From contig CAVZMH010000017.1 of assembly GCA_963776345.1 (NCBI GenBank), forward strand, positions 160,001 through 224,000: DNA of 64,000 nt, read 5' to 3'. Each line of letters begins with the position of its first letter. The first letter of the stretch is position 1. Shown one piece after another: positions 54,064 through 62,911 of the stretch. The notes beneath the pieces were generated by a model. That model saw only the letters and a program-made list of their open reading frames with translations. It did not search any database and was not told where the DNA came from. The DNA comes from an uncultured delta proteobacterium (GTDB lineage: Bacteria; Myxococcota; Myxococcia; Myxococcales; Myxococcaceae). The position numbers were made by a program, and so were the translations under genes.

Positions 54064-54612
54064 ATGGCCCGAGCAGGACCCCGAACGTCAGGTGTCCTCG
54101 ACGCTGGGACGCGGGACCATCTGTTCAGCGCCGCCTATGACGAGCTGCGGCGACTGGCCGCGTCGGTTCGCCGCGACGACCCCGGCCGCACCCTCAGCCC
54201 CACCGCCCTGGTCAACGAGGCCTGGCTGAAGCTCGCCTCCTCGGCCGACTTCGCCGCCACCTCCCCGGCGCACTTCAAGCGCATCGCCGCCCGGGCCATG
54301 CGGCAGGTGCTGGTGGAGGCCGCCCGGCGCCGCTCGGCCCGGAAGCGCGGCGGGGGCGCCCCGATGGTGACCTTCGACGAGGACACCTTTCCGCCTGCGG
54401 GCGGCGCGGAGCAGCTCCTGGCGCTCGACACCGCCCTGGAGGCGCTGGCCCAGCTCGAGCCCCGCCAGGCGCTGATCGTCGAGAGCCGCTTCTTCGGCGG
54501 GCTCGACGTCCGCGAGACCTGCGAGGTCCTCGGCATCTCCGAGGCCACCGTCCTGCGCGACTGGCGCGCGGCGCGCGCCTTCCTGGCCCATGAGCTCCGC
54601 CAGCCAGGCTGA
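54064..54612 (+). CDS. ECF sigma factor of the STK-associated type
   Basis: YDELRRLA, TLSPTALVNEAWLKL, AMRQVLVEAARR, RFFGGL, TVLRDW. Confidence 0.9.
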   Translation: MARAGPRTSGVLDAGTRDHLFSAAYDELRRLAASVRRDDPGRTLSPTALVNEAWLKLASSADFAATSPAHFKRIAARAMRQVLVEAARRRSARKRGGGAPMVTFDEDTFPPAGGAEQLLALDTALEALAQLEPRQALIVESRFFGGLDVRETCEVLGISEATVLRDWRAARAFLAHELRQPG

Positions 54613-57247
54613 CCCGGAGCCGCCCGGTCCGGCGCGCTGGCGGCGCGTGCAGGAGCTCTTCCACGCCGCGGCCGAGCTCCCGGTGGACGCGCAGCACGCG
54701 TTCCTCGAGGGCCGCTCGGGCGGCGACCCCGCGCTGGTGTCCGAGGTGGAGGCGCTGCTGCTCGAGGACCGGACCCCGGACTCGTTCCTGGATCGCCCGC
54801 TCCCGGAGGTCGCCGGTCAGCTGCTCGCGCCCGGCGCACCCGGGGGACGGGTGGGCCCCTACCGGGTGCTTCGCCTGCTGGGCGAGGGCGGGATGGGCGT
54901 CGTCTACCTCGTCGAGCGCGAGGACGTGGGCGGCCGCGCCGCGCTCAAGCTCCTCCGCGACGCCTGGGTCTCGCCGTCCCGCCGGGCGCGCTTCCTCGCC
55001 GAGCAGCGGACGCTCGCCCAGCTCGACCATCCCGGCATCGCCCAGCTCCACGACGCCGGGACGCTGCCCGACGGCACGCCCTGGTTCGCGATGGAGTACG
55101 TGGAGGGGGTCCTCCTCACCGAGCGCTGCCGGGTCGAGGGGAGCGGGCTCGCCGAGCGGCTCCGCCTGTTCCGCGCCGTCTGCGAGGCGGTGCAGCACGC
55201 GCACCGGCACGCCGTCATCCACCGCGACCTCAAGCCCTCCAACATCCTGGTGAAGGCCGATGGCGCGGTGAAGCTGCTCGACTTCGGCATCGCCAAGCAG
55301 CTCGATCCGACCGGCCCCGGCGCCGACCCGACGCGCACCGGCCTGCGCCTCATGACTCCGGCGTACGCCGCTCCGGAGCAGGTCACCGGCGGCCGGCTCG
55401 GAGTCGAGACTGACGTCTACGCCCTGGGGGTGCTCCTCTTCGAGCTGCTCTCGGGGCGGCTCCCCTTCGAGCTGTCCGGGCTCTCGCCACACGAGGCCGC
55501 GCGCCTGGTCCTGGAGCAGGAGCCGCCGCGCCCCTCGGAGATCGCCGATCGCCCGGTGCAGGCCGGCCGCGCGGCGTGGGCCGACCTGGACGTGCTCTGC
55601 CTCACCGCGATGCAGCGCGACCCGGCGCGGCGCTACCCGTCGGTGGAGGCGCTGATCCGGGATCTGGATCACCACCTCGCCGGCGAGCCGCTGGATGCGC
55701 GGCCCGATTCGCTGGCCTACCGCGTGGGGAAGCTGCTGAAGCGGAACGCCCGGACGGTGCTGGTCGCGTCGGGGGTGACGCTGACCGTGCTGGCGCTGAC
55801 CGTCTTCTCCGCGTTCCGCCTGGCGCGGGCGCGCGACGCGGTGGCGGCGGAGGCGTCCCGGACCCAGCGCATCCAGCAGTTCATGCTCCAGCTCCTGGAG
55901 GGGGGCACGGGCGAGGTCGGCCCGTCGGCCGACGTCCGGGTGGTGGACATCCTGGATCGCGGCGTCCGCGAGGCGCGGTCGCTCGAGGGGGAGCCGGCGG
56001 TGGAGGCCGAGCTGCTCCAGACGCTGGGCGGCATCGCCCAGAACCTCGGTCGGCTGGAGCAGGCCGAGGAGCTCCTCGACCGCGCACTCCACCTCCGGCG
56101 TGGGGTGTTCGGGCAGGACCATCCGGAGGTGGCCCGGTCGCTGGTGGCCAGCGGGCAGCTGGCCAGTGCCCGGGGGAAGTACGACCTCGCCGAAGAGCAG
56201 ATCGGCGCCGGGCTGAAGATGCTCCGCCGACATCGATCGAGCGAAGACCCCGAGGTGGCCCGCGCCCTCTCGGCGCTGGGGCGGGTTCACGAGAACGCCG
56301 GCAAGTACCCGGACGCCATCCGTGAGCTGGAGGAGGCGGTCCGGCTCCAGTCCCGCCGGCCCGACACGCTGGCCGATCTCTCGCAGAGCCTCACCGAGCT
56401 GGCCAACTGCTACTTCTACACCGCCCAGTACCCCCAGGCCGATGCGCTGAACCAGCGGGCGCTGGCCATCGATCGGCGTCTGTACGGGCCCCGGCATCCG
56501 CACGTGGCGGACGACCTCATCAACCTCGGCGCGGTCCAGTTCGAGGGAGGGCACTACGTCGAGGCCGAACGCTGGAATCGCGAGGCGCTGGAGATCATGC
56601 GCGGGTGGTACGGGCCGGACCACCCGGAGACCGCGTCGGCCGAGACCATCCTCGCGCGTTCGCTGGTGAAGCTCGCGCGGCGGGACGAGGCGCGGACGCT
56701 GCTCGTCGCCGCGCTCGCCACGCAGGAACGCGTGTACGGCCCGGTGCATCCGCGGGTGGCCTCGACCCTGAACGAGCTCGGGCTCATCGCCCGGGACCAG
56801 GGCCGGCTCGACGAGGCGTCGGCCGACTTCGGGCGCATGGCGGACATCTACGAGAAGGTCCACCACGGCAAGCACTACGTCATCGGCGTGGCGCTCTCGA
56901 ACCTCGCCGACGTCGAGCAGCGGCGGGGACGGTCGGAGCGAGCCCAGGAGCTGTTCCGGCGCGTCCTCGCCCTGTACCGGGAGGTGCTCCCCGAGGACCA
57001 CCCGTTGCAGGGCATCGCCCGCCTCCGCTTTGGCCACGTGCTGCTCGCCGCGGGCCGGCCAGTGGACGCCGAGGCCCAGAGCCGGGCCGGCTACGAGATC
57101 CTTCTCAAGCGGCCCGACCCGCCGGCCATCTGGATGACGATGGCGCGCCAGGATCTCGCCGCCGCGTACCGTGCGCTCGGCCGTCCAGCCGATGCGGACC
57201 GATTCCAGGCGGAGCTTACCGCGACGAACGCGGTGGGCCCTCGATAG
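54590..57247 (+). CDS. Membrane Ser/Thr kinase with extracytoplasmic TPR repeats
   Basis: GEGGMGVVY, HRDLKPSN, DFG, APE, one TM, repeated GxxHPxVA TPR units. Confidence 0.94.
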   Translation: MSSASQADPEPPGPARWRRVQELFHAAAELPVDAQHAFLEGRSGGDPALVSEVEALLLEDRTPDSFLDRPLPEVAGQLLAPGAPGGRVGPYRVLRLLGEGGMGVVYLVEREDVGGRAALKLLRDAWVSPSRRARFLAEQRTLAQLDHPGIAQLHDAGTLPDGTPWFAMEYVEGVLLTERCRVEGSGLAERLRLFRAVCEAVQHAHRHAVIHRDLKPSNILVKADGAVKLLDFGIAKQLDPTGPGADPTRTGLRLMTPAYAAPEQVTGGRLGVETDVYALGVLLFELLSGRLPFELSGLSPHEAARLVLEQEPPRPSEIADRPVQAGRAAWADLDVLCLTAMQRDPARRYPSVEALIRDLDHHLAGEPLDARPDSLAYRVGKLLKRNARTVLVASGVTLTVLALTVFSAFRLARARDAVAAEASRTQRIQQFMLQLLEGGTGEVGPSADVRVVDILDRGVREARSLEGEPAVEAELLQTLGGIAQNLGRLEQAEELLDRALHLRRGVFGQDHPEVARSLVASGQLASARGKYDLAEEQIGAGLKMLRRHRSSEDPEVARALSALGRVHENAGKYPDAIRELEEAVRLQSRRPDTLADLSQSLTELANCYFYTAQYPQADALNQRALAIDRRLYGPRHPHVADDLINLGAVQFEGGHYVEAERWNREALEIMRGWYGPDHPETASAETILARSLVKLARRDEARTLLVAALATQERVYGPVHPRVASTLNELGLIARDQGRLDEASADFGRMADIYEKVHHGKHYVIGVALSNLADVEQRRGRSERAQELFRRVLALYREVLPEDHPLQGIARLRFGHVLLAAGRPVDAEAQSRAGYEILLKRPDPPAIWMTMARQDLAAAYRALGRPADADRFQAELTATNAVGPR

Positions 57248-57327
57248 CGCCGGCCCGGCGGCGGTGACGGTCCGGACCCCGTTCCTGCGCATGGGCAGCT
57301 GGAGCCGTCCCTCTCCCGGAGGAGCCC

Positions 57328-59094
57328 ATGCTCGACCCGTTCGCCCACCCGAGGCACCCAGGAGCGAGGCCAGTCCGCCTCCTCCTCGCCGCGGCCCTCG
57401 CCGGCGCCGCCTCTCTGGCCGGGTCCGCCCGGGCTGCCTCGAGCGCCGAGTGGCTCGCGTCGACCGAGGGGCCGAGCCCGATCGTCACCGCGAAGTCCGG
57501 GGTGGGGACTGCGCAGGCGACCGTCACGGCGAAGGTCACCTCGGACTCGCTCAAGACCTTCTGCGCGGACCAGAGCGGTCAGGGCGACCCGGCCCAGGCG
57601 AAGGCGGCCGTCAACGCCTGCGTGAAGCAGCAGAACCCCGAGCTGGGAAAGACGTACACCATCCAGGCCGACTGCACCGTGGGGCGGCTCACGCCGCTCG
57701 ACGGGAAGTCGTACGTGCTGGACGGCCTCTGGGACAACTCCGACATCGGCGGCGGCCGCACCCGGTGGAAGGGACCGGACGGGGTGGTGGTGGGACGGGA
57801 CAACGCCAGCGGCGGCCTGGCGCTGTCGCAGCAGTGGGAGGTTCTCTGCCCCGGCCGGGTGAGCGCCTCGGTGCTCTCCAAGGCCCGCGCGCTGGGAGGA
57901 TCGGCCGCGTCGGGTGGTGCCGCCGTCCAGGCCCAGACGGTCCCGGTGTGCGGTGGAGACCCGTCGTGCGCCGAGGTGAACGGGTTCGCGATGTCGGTCG
58001 TCGAGTTCCGGGCCAGCCTCCAGGGCTACTGGAAGGTGCTCACCACCACCCTCCGGTTCCGGAACAAGCTCGGCCGCCCGATGGTCCTCGGCTACGTCGT
58101 CGGCTCGGGCGGCGCCACGGACGACCGCGGCAACCGCTACGCGGTCAAGGACGCCGATGTGCGTGGCATCGGGCTCATCAGCGGGCGCTCCGACGACAAG
58201 TTCGCGATCGCCCCGGGCCAGACCGGGGACGCTCGGTTCACCCTGGTGTGGGCCGGGCAGGCGCTGTTCGGCAGCACCTTCGACCTCGACCTCACGGTCC
58301 GCGAGATCATCCCCGCGGGCAACGGCCAGACCACGCTGGGCCCCGAGTACCCGCTGCAGATCGTCGGCCTGACCGACGGCGCGCGGGCCGGCGCGTCCGC
58401 GGGGCAGGCCTCGGCCGGGTCCGGCGCGGCGGCGGTGCCCGCGACGGGCGACCAGGCCCCGCTCACCGCGTCGACCCCGGCTGCCGGAGCCCCGTCCGCG
58501 GCTCCCGCGTCGCAGCCGGCGTTGCCCGCTCCTGCCTTGGGCGCGCACTGCCCGGCGGGCACTGCCGGCTGCTACGACGCCGGGGCGTTCAGCGTCACCG
58601 TGACCCAGACCAGCGCGGCGGTGTCGGGCGGGAAGGACCAGCTGGTCCGCTTCGCCGTCCGGGTGAAGAACTACGGCGCCCAGCCCCTGGTGCTCGGCTA
58701 CAAGGCCGGGACGAACCGCGCCACCGACGAGCAGGGCAACGCCTACGGCTGGGGAAAGCCAGGCACCCACGACGGCAGCGTGCAGGGCATCGGCACGCTC
58801 GAGGGGAACCGGATCGACCCGCAGTTCCAGGTCGCGCCCGGGGGAACGCGCGACGCGATGCTCTCGGTCACCCGCTTCAACGCCGGCGCGGTCACCGCCC
58901 GCAGCTTCACCCTGGACACGGTGCTGGTCGAGCTCCGGGCGCTCCCCGGACAACAGTGGCAGCGGGTGCGCGAGTACGCCGTCCACCTTCCCAGCTCGGG
59001 CTCCGGTGCCGCGCCGGCGGTGGGACAGAACCCGGCCAACGACAGCGTCCAGAAGGCGGGCGAGCTGCTCAAGGGCCTGTTCGGGGGGAAGTGA
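57328..59094 (+). CDS. Secreted Cys-containing hypothetical protein with two related beta-sandwich-like domains
   Basis: GGAGG RBS, signal peptide, duplicated N...VLGY...ATDxxGNxY...VxGIG...APG motif. Confidence 0.8.
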   Translation: MLDPFAHPRHPGARPVRLLLAAALAGAASLAGSARAASSAEWLASTEGPSPIVTAKSGVGTAQATVTAKVTSDSLKTFCADQSGQGDPAQAKAAVNACVKQQNPELGKTYTIQADCTVGRLTPLDGKSYVLDGLWDNSDIGGGRTRWKGPDGVVVGRDNASGGLALSQQWEVLCPGRVSASVLSKARALGGSAASGGAAVQAQTVPVCGGDPSCAEVNGFAMSVVEFRASLQGYWKVLTTTLRFRNKLGRPMVLGYVVGSGGATDDRGNRYAVKDADVRGIGLISGRSDDKFAIAPGQTGDARFTLVWAGQALFGSTFDLDLTVREIIPAGNGQTTLGPEYPLQIVGLTDGARAGASAGQASAGSGAAAVPATGDQAPLTASTPAAGAPSAAPASQPALPAPALGAHCPAGTAGCYDAGAFSVTVTQTSAAVSGGKDQLVRFAVRVKNYGAQPLVLGYKAGTNRATDEQGNAYGWGKPGTHDGSVQGIGTLEGNRIDPQFQVAPGGTRDAMLSVTRFNAGAVTARSFTLDTVLVELRALPGQQWQRVREYAVHLPSSGSGAAPAVGQNPANDSVQKAGELLKGLFGGK

Positions 59095-59154
59095 CGCAGC
59101 GCTCCGGTGGCGGGTCGGGGAGGAGCGGCTCACCCCGTGCTATGCGTCGGGCGC

Positions 59155-60615
59155 ATGAGCCGGGCGTCGCGCGCCGCGGTCGTCGCCCTCCTGCTGGCGG
59201 GCCCGCCGGTGAGCGCGCAGACCGGCTCCTCGTCGAGCCCCCAGCGCGACGCCGCCCAGGAGGCGGTGCTCGAGCCGTTCAAGGGTGACTGGGAGGAGAT
59301 CAAGCAGCGCCGGATGCTCCGGGCGCTGGTGGTCTACAGCCGGACCCTCTACTTCGTGGACCGCGGGACGCAGCGAGGCGTGACCTACGAGGTGCTCAAG
59401 GCCTTCGAGGACGAGGTCAACGCTCGCCTCCGGACGCGGACGTTCCGGTTCCATGTGATGTTCGTCCCGGTGTCGCGCGACCAGCTCATCCCCGCGCTCC
59501 TGGACGGACGCGGCGACATCGCCGCCGCGAATCTCAGCGTCACCCCGGAGCGCCAGCAGCGGGTGGACTTCTCCACCCCCGTTCTCGACGACGTGAACGA
59601 GCTGGTGGTCACCGGCCCGTCCGGTCCGAGGCTCTCCCGCCTGGAGGACCTGGCCGGGCAGCCGGTGCATGTTCGCCGGTCCTCCAGCTACTGGGAGCAC
59701 CTGGAGGCGTTCAACCAGCGGCTGGTCGAGGAGGGCAAGCCGCCGGTGAAGCTGGTCGCCGCCTCGGAGGACCTGGAGGACGAGGATCTGCTGGAGATGG
59801 TGAGCGCCGGGCTGCTCCCCACCACGGTCTGCGACGACTACCAGGCCCGGTTCTGGAAGCAGTTCCTCGAGGCGCTGTCGTTCGACCCGGCGATCGCGGT
59901 GAGCACGGGCGGCACCGTCGCCTGGATGATGCGCCCGGGCAGCCCCCAGCTGAAGGCGGTGGTGGACTCCTTCATCCGCAGGCATCGCAAGGGCACCGCG
60001 TTCGGCAACGCGCTGGTCCGGAAGTACATGCGGAACTCCCGCTCGGTGCTCCCGGCGACGTCCGGGAAGGAGCTCCGGAAGTTCCAGCAGACGGTGGAGC
60101 TCTTCCGGAAGTACGGGAAGCGGTACGACGTCGACTACCTTCTGGTGATGGCCCAGGGGTACCAGGAGTCCCGGCTCGACCAGAGCATGCGGAGCCCGGC
60201 GGGGGCGGTGGGCGTCATGCAGCTCATGCCTGCGACCGCGGCGCAGATGAAGGTCGGGGACGTCCGGAAGCTGGAGCCGAACATCCACGCCGGCGTGAAG
60301 TACCTGCGCCACGTGGAGGACACCTACTTCGACGAGCCGGCGCTGGATCCGCTGGTGAAGGCGCTCTTCTCCTTCGCCTCGTACAACGCCGGTCCCGGTC
60401 GCATCCATTCGCTGCGCGGGGAGGCGGCGAGGCGAGGGCTCGACCCCGACCGCTGGTTCAAGAACGTGGAGGTCGTGGTGGCCGACCGGATCGGCCGGGA
60501 GACGGTCACCTACGTCTCCAACATCTTCAAGTACTACGTCGCCTACCAGCTGGTCGCGGAGGCGGAGCAGGACCGAGCGGCCGCTCGCCAGTCGCTGGAG
60601 CACGGCAGCCCCTGA
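59155..60615 (+). CDS. MltF-like lytic transglycosylase (SBP + SLT)
   Basis: PBP domain (GDIAAANL, VRRSSSY) plus YQESRL, GVMQL, ASYNAG. Confidence 0.9.
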   Translation: MSRASRAAVVALLLAGPPVSAQTGSSSSPQRDAAQEAVLEPFKGDWEEIKQRRMLRALVVYSRTLYFVDRGTQRGVTYEVLKAFEDEVNARLRTRTFRFHVMFVPVSRDQLIPALLDGRGDIAAANLSVTPERQQRVDFSTPVLDDVNELVVTGPSGPRLSRLEDLAGQPVHVRRSSSYWEHLEAFNQRLVEEGKPPVKLVAASEDLEDEDLLEMVSAGLLPTTVCDDYQARFWKQFLEALSFDPAIAVSTGGTVAWMMRPGSPQLKAVVDSFIRRHRKGTAFGNALVRKYMRNSRSVLPATSGKELRKFQQTVELFRKYGKRYDVDYLLVMAQGYQESRLDQSMRSPAGAVGVMQLMPATAAQMKVGDVRKLEPNIHAGVKYLRHVEDTYFDEPALDPLVKALFSFASYNAGPGRIHSLRGEAARRGLDPDRWFKNVEVVVADRIGRETVTYVSNIFKYYVAYQLVAEAEQDRAAARQSLEHGSP

Positions 60616-60670
60616 CGTCGGGGCGCAACCGGTGCGCTCTCCCGGCGCGGAGGTGCGGCGAGCGAACCCC

Positions 60671-60686
60671 TGGCGCGTGCGATGCA
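60671..60686 (+). promoter_or_regulatory. Probable sigma54 promoter of the chaB-archease-rtcB operon
   Basis: TGGCGCGTGCGATGCA (GG-N10-GC) 36 nt before the chaB ATG. Confidence 0.55.
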
Positions 60687-60722
60687 TCCGGAACGCCTCG
60701 AACGAGCCAAGGGGGTGCGTCG

Positions 60723-60935
60723 ATGCCCTACGACACCAACGAGGCCCTGCCAGCGCCGGTGCAGGCCCACCTGCCGGCGCACGGGCAGGACATCTACCGC
60801 GTCGCCTTCAACCACGCGTGGGACCGGTACCGCGTCGATGCCATCGCCCACCGCGTCGCCTGGGCCGCGGTGAAGCGCCGCTACGTCAAGGCCAACGGAG
60901 ACTGGGTGGAGAAGCCCCGGGCCGAGCTGCGGTGA
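60723..60935 (+). CDS. ChaB family protein
   Basis: MPY...LPAPVQAHLPAHGQDIYRVAFNHAW...AHRVAWAAVKRRY. Confidence 0.88.
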   Translation: MPYDTNEALPAPVQAHLPAHGQDIYRVAFNHAWDRYRVDAIAHRVAWAAVKRRYVKANGDWVEKPRAELR

Positions 60936-60944
60936 CCTCGCCCC

Positions 60945-61364
60945 ATGCTGCGCTCCGCGCGTCACCGCTTCGCCGAGCACACCGGTGAGGTGCGGCTGGA
61001 GCTCGCCGCCCCCTCCTGCGAGGAGCTCTTCGCCGAGGCCGGGCACGCGCTGGCCGAGCTGATGCTGGGAGAGGTCCCCGACCCCGGCGCCTCCGCCCCG
61101 GCCCGGGCGGTGGAGGTGCATGCCCGGGACCGCGCAGCGCTCCTGGTCGGGTGGCTGAACGAGCTCATCTACCTCTCCGAGACCTCGAAGCAGGTCTTCA
61201 CCCGCTTCGACGTCGAGCGGGTGGACGAGACTGCGGTGTGGGCACGGGTGGCGGGCGTCGCCCCGGAGGTCCTGAGGACGGCGGTGAAGGCAGCCACGCT
61301 CCACGGGGTCTCCGTCGTGCGGAGCGCGGATGGGTGGCGGGCGTCGGTGGTGCTGGACGTGTGA
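60945..61364 (+). CDS. Archease
   Basis: EHTGE, LLVGWLNELIY, VKAATLH, C-terminal LDV. Confidence 0.88.
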   Translation: MLRSARHRFAEHTGEVRLELAAPSCEELFAEAGHALAELMLGEVPDPGASAPARAVEVHARDRAALLVGWLNELIYLSETSKQVFTRFDVERVDETAVWARVAGVAPEVLRTAVKAATLHGVSVVRSADGWRASVVLDV

Positions 61365-61375
61365 AGGAGAGGCCG

Positions 61376-62809
61376 ATGGTCGGCGTCGCGACGCGCATCT
61401 CCGACGTGCTCTACGAGGTGCCGAAGAATGCCCGGCGGGGGATGCACGTCCCGGCGCGCATCGTCGCCGACGCCGAGCTGATGGCGCAGATCGAGCACGA
61501 CCGGAGCATCGAGCAGCTCCTCAACGTGGCCATGCTCCCCGGAATCTGGGGGCGGGTGGTCGGGATGCCCGACATGCACGAGGGGTACGGCTTCCCGGTG
61601 GGCGGCGTGGCGGCGACGCTGGCTCCGGACGGAGTCATCTCCCCGGGCGGCATCGGCTTCGACATCAACTGCGGCGTCCGGCTGCTGGCCTCGAGGCTGA
61701 CCCGCGCGGAGGTGTCTGGAGTCCTGGAAGACTTCGTCCACGAGCTGAGCCGGAGCATCCCCACCGGCTACGGACGGCACGGACGGCTCTCCCTCACCGA
61801 CGAGGAGCTGGACCGGGTGCTGGAGGGGGGCTGCGAGCACGTCATCGGAGCGCTGGGGCTCGGCGTCCCGGAGGACCTGGAGCGCATCGAGTCCCGGGGC
61901 CGCCTTCCCGGCGCCGACGCGCGCAAGGTGTCCCCCCGGGCCAAGGAACGGGGTCGAGACCAGCTGGGGACCCTCGGGGGAGGGAACCACTTCCTCGAGG
62001 TGCAGGAGGTGGAGACCGTCTTCGACGCCGAGGTGGCGAGCGCGCTCGGGCTCTTCGAGGGCCAGCTGACGGTGCTCATCCACACCGGCTCCCGCGGGCT
62101 CGGGCACCAGGTCTGTACCGACGCGGTGCGGACCATGGACGCCTCGCTCTCGAGCTACGGCATCACCCTGCCCGATCGCCAGCTGGCCTGCGCTCCGCTC
62201 TCCTCCCCGGAGGGCCAGGACTACTTCGGGGCGATGTGCGCCGCGGCCAACTTCGCCTGGGCCAACCGCCAGGTCCTCACCCACCGCGTCCGGACGGTGG
62301 CCGACCGCGTGCTCCCCCGGCGCGGCGAGCCCGGGCTGGAGGTCGTCTACGACGTGGCGCACAACATCGCCAAGCTCGAGGAGCACGGCGGACGCCGGCT
62401 GTGCATCCACCGCAAGGGCGCCACCCGGGCGTTCGGGCCGGGACACCCGGAGCTCCCCGCGCGCTACCGGGACGTCGGGCAGCCGGTGTTCATCCCCGGG
62501 AGCATGGGAACCCGGAGCTTCGTCCTGGTCGGGGCTCCGGCCGCGGAGGACATCTCGTTCGCCAGCTGCTGCCACGGCGCCGGACGTGCGCTGAGCCGCC
62601 ACGCGGCGAAGAGACAGGTGGAGGGCCACGTCCTCCGCAAGGAGCTGGAGGCGCAGGGCATCGTCGTCCGCTGCCCGTCGAATGCCGAGCTCGCCGAGGA
62701 GGCGCCGGTGGCCTACAAGGACGTCTCGCGCGTGGTCGACGTCGTGGTCCGGGCGGGCATCGCGCGCAAGGTTGCGCGGCTCCGTCCCTGGGGCGTGCTC
62801 AAGGGTTGA
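61376..62809 (+). CDS. rtcB: RNA-splicing ligase RtcB
   Basis: PDMHEGYG, DINCG, GNHF, HTGSRG, HN, HRKGAT, PGSMG, HGAGR, EEAPVAYK. Confidence 0.95.
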   Translation: MVGVATRISDVLYEVPKNARRGMHVPARIVADAELMAQIEHDRSIEQLLNVAMLPGIWGRVVGMPDMHEGYGFPVGGVAATLAPDGVISPGGIGFDINCGVRLLASRLTRAEVSGVLEDFVHELSRSIPTGYGRHGRLSLTDEELDRVLEGGCEHVIGALGLGVPEDLERIESRGRLPGADARKVSPRAKERGRDQLGTLGGGNHFLEVQEVETVFDAEVASALGLFEGQLTVLIHTGSRGLGHQVCTDAVRTMDASLSSYGITLPDRQLACAPLSSPEGQDYFGAMCAAANFAWANRQVLTHRVRTVADRVLPRRGEPGLEVVYDVAHNIAKLEEHGGRRLCIHRKGATRAFGPGHPELPARYRDVGQPVFIPGSMGTRSFVLVGAPAAEDISFASCCHGAGRALSRHAAKRQVEGHVLRKELEAQGIVVRCPSNAELAEEAPVAYKDVSRVVDVVVRAGIARKVARLRPWGVLKG

Positions 62810-62911
62810 GGAGCGCCCTCGCGCAGAATCTGCGCCTCACGCCGGGCGGGCTCCCGTCATCTCCCGGGTCATCCGGCGTGGTGCCTCGATTGCAGGAAGG
62901 AGGCGCGCCCA

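Noticed and set aside
62879..62894. GG-N10-GC motif upstream of polX
   Set aside because: The predicted start site would fall downstream of the GGAGG RBS, so the geometry is poor
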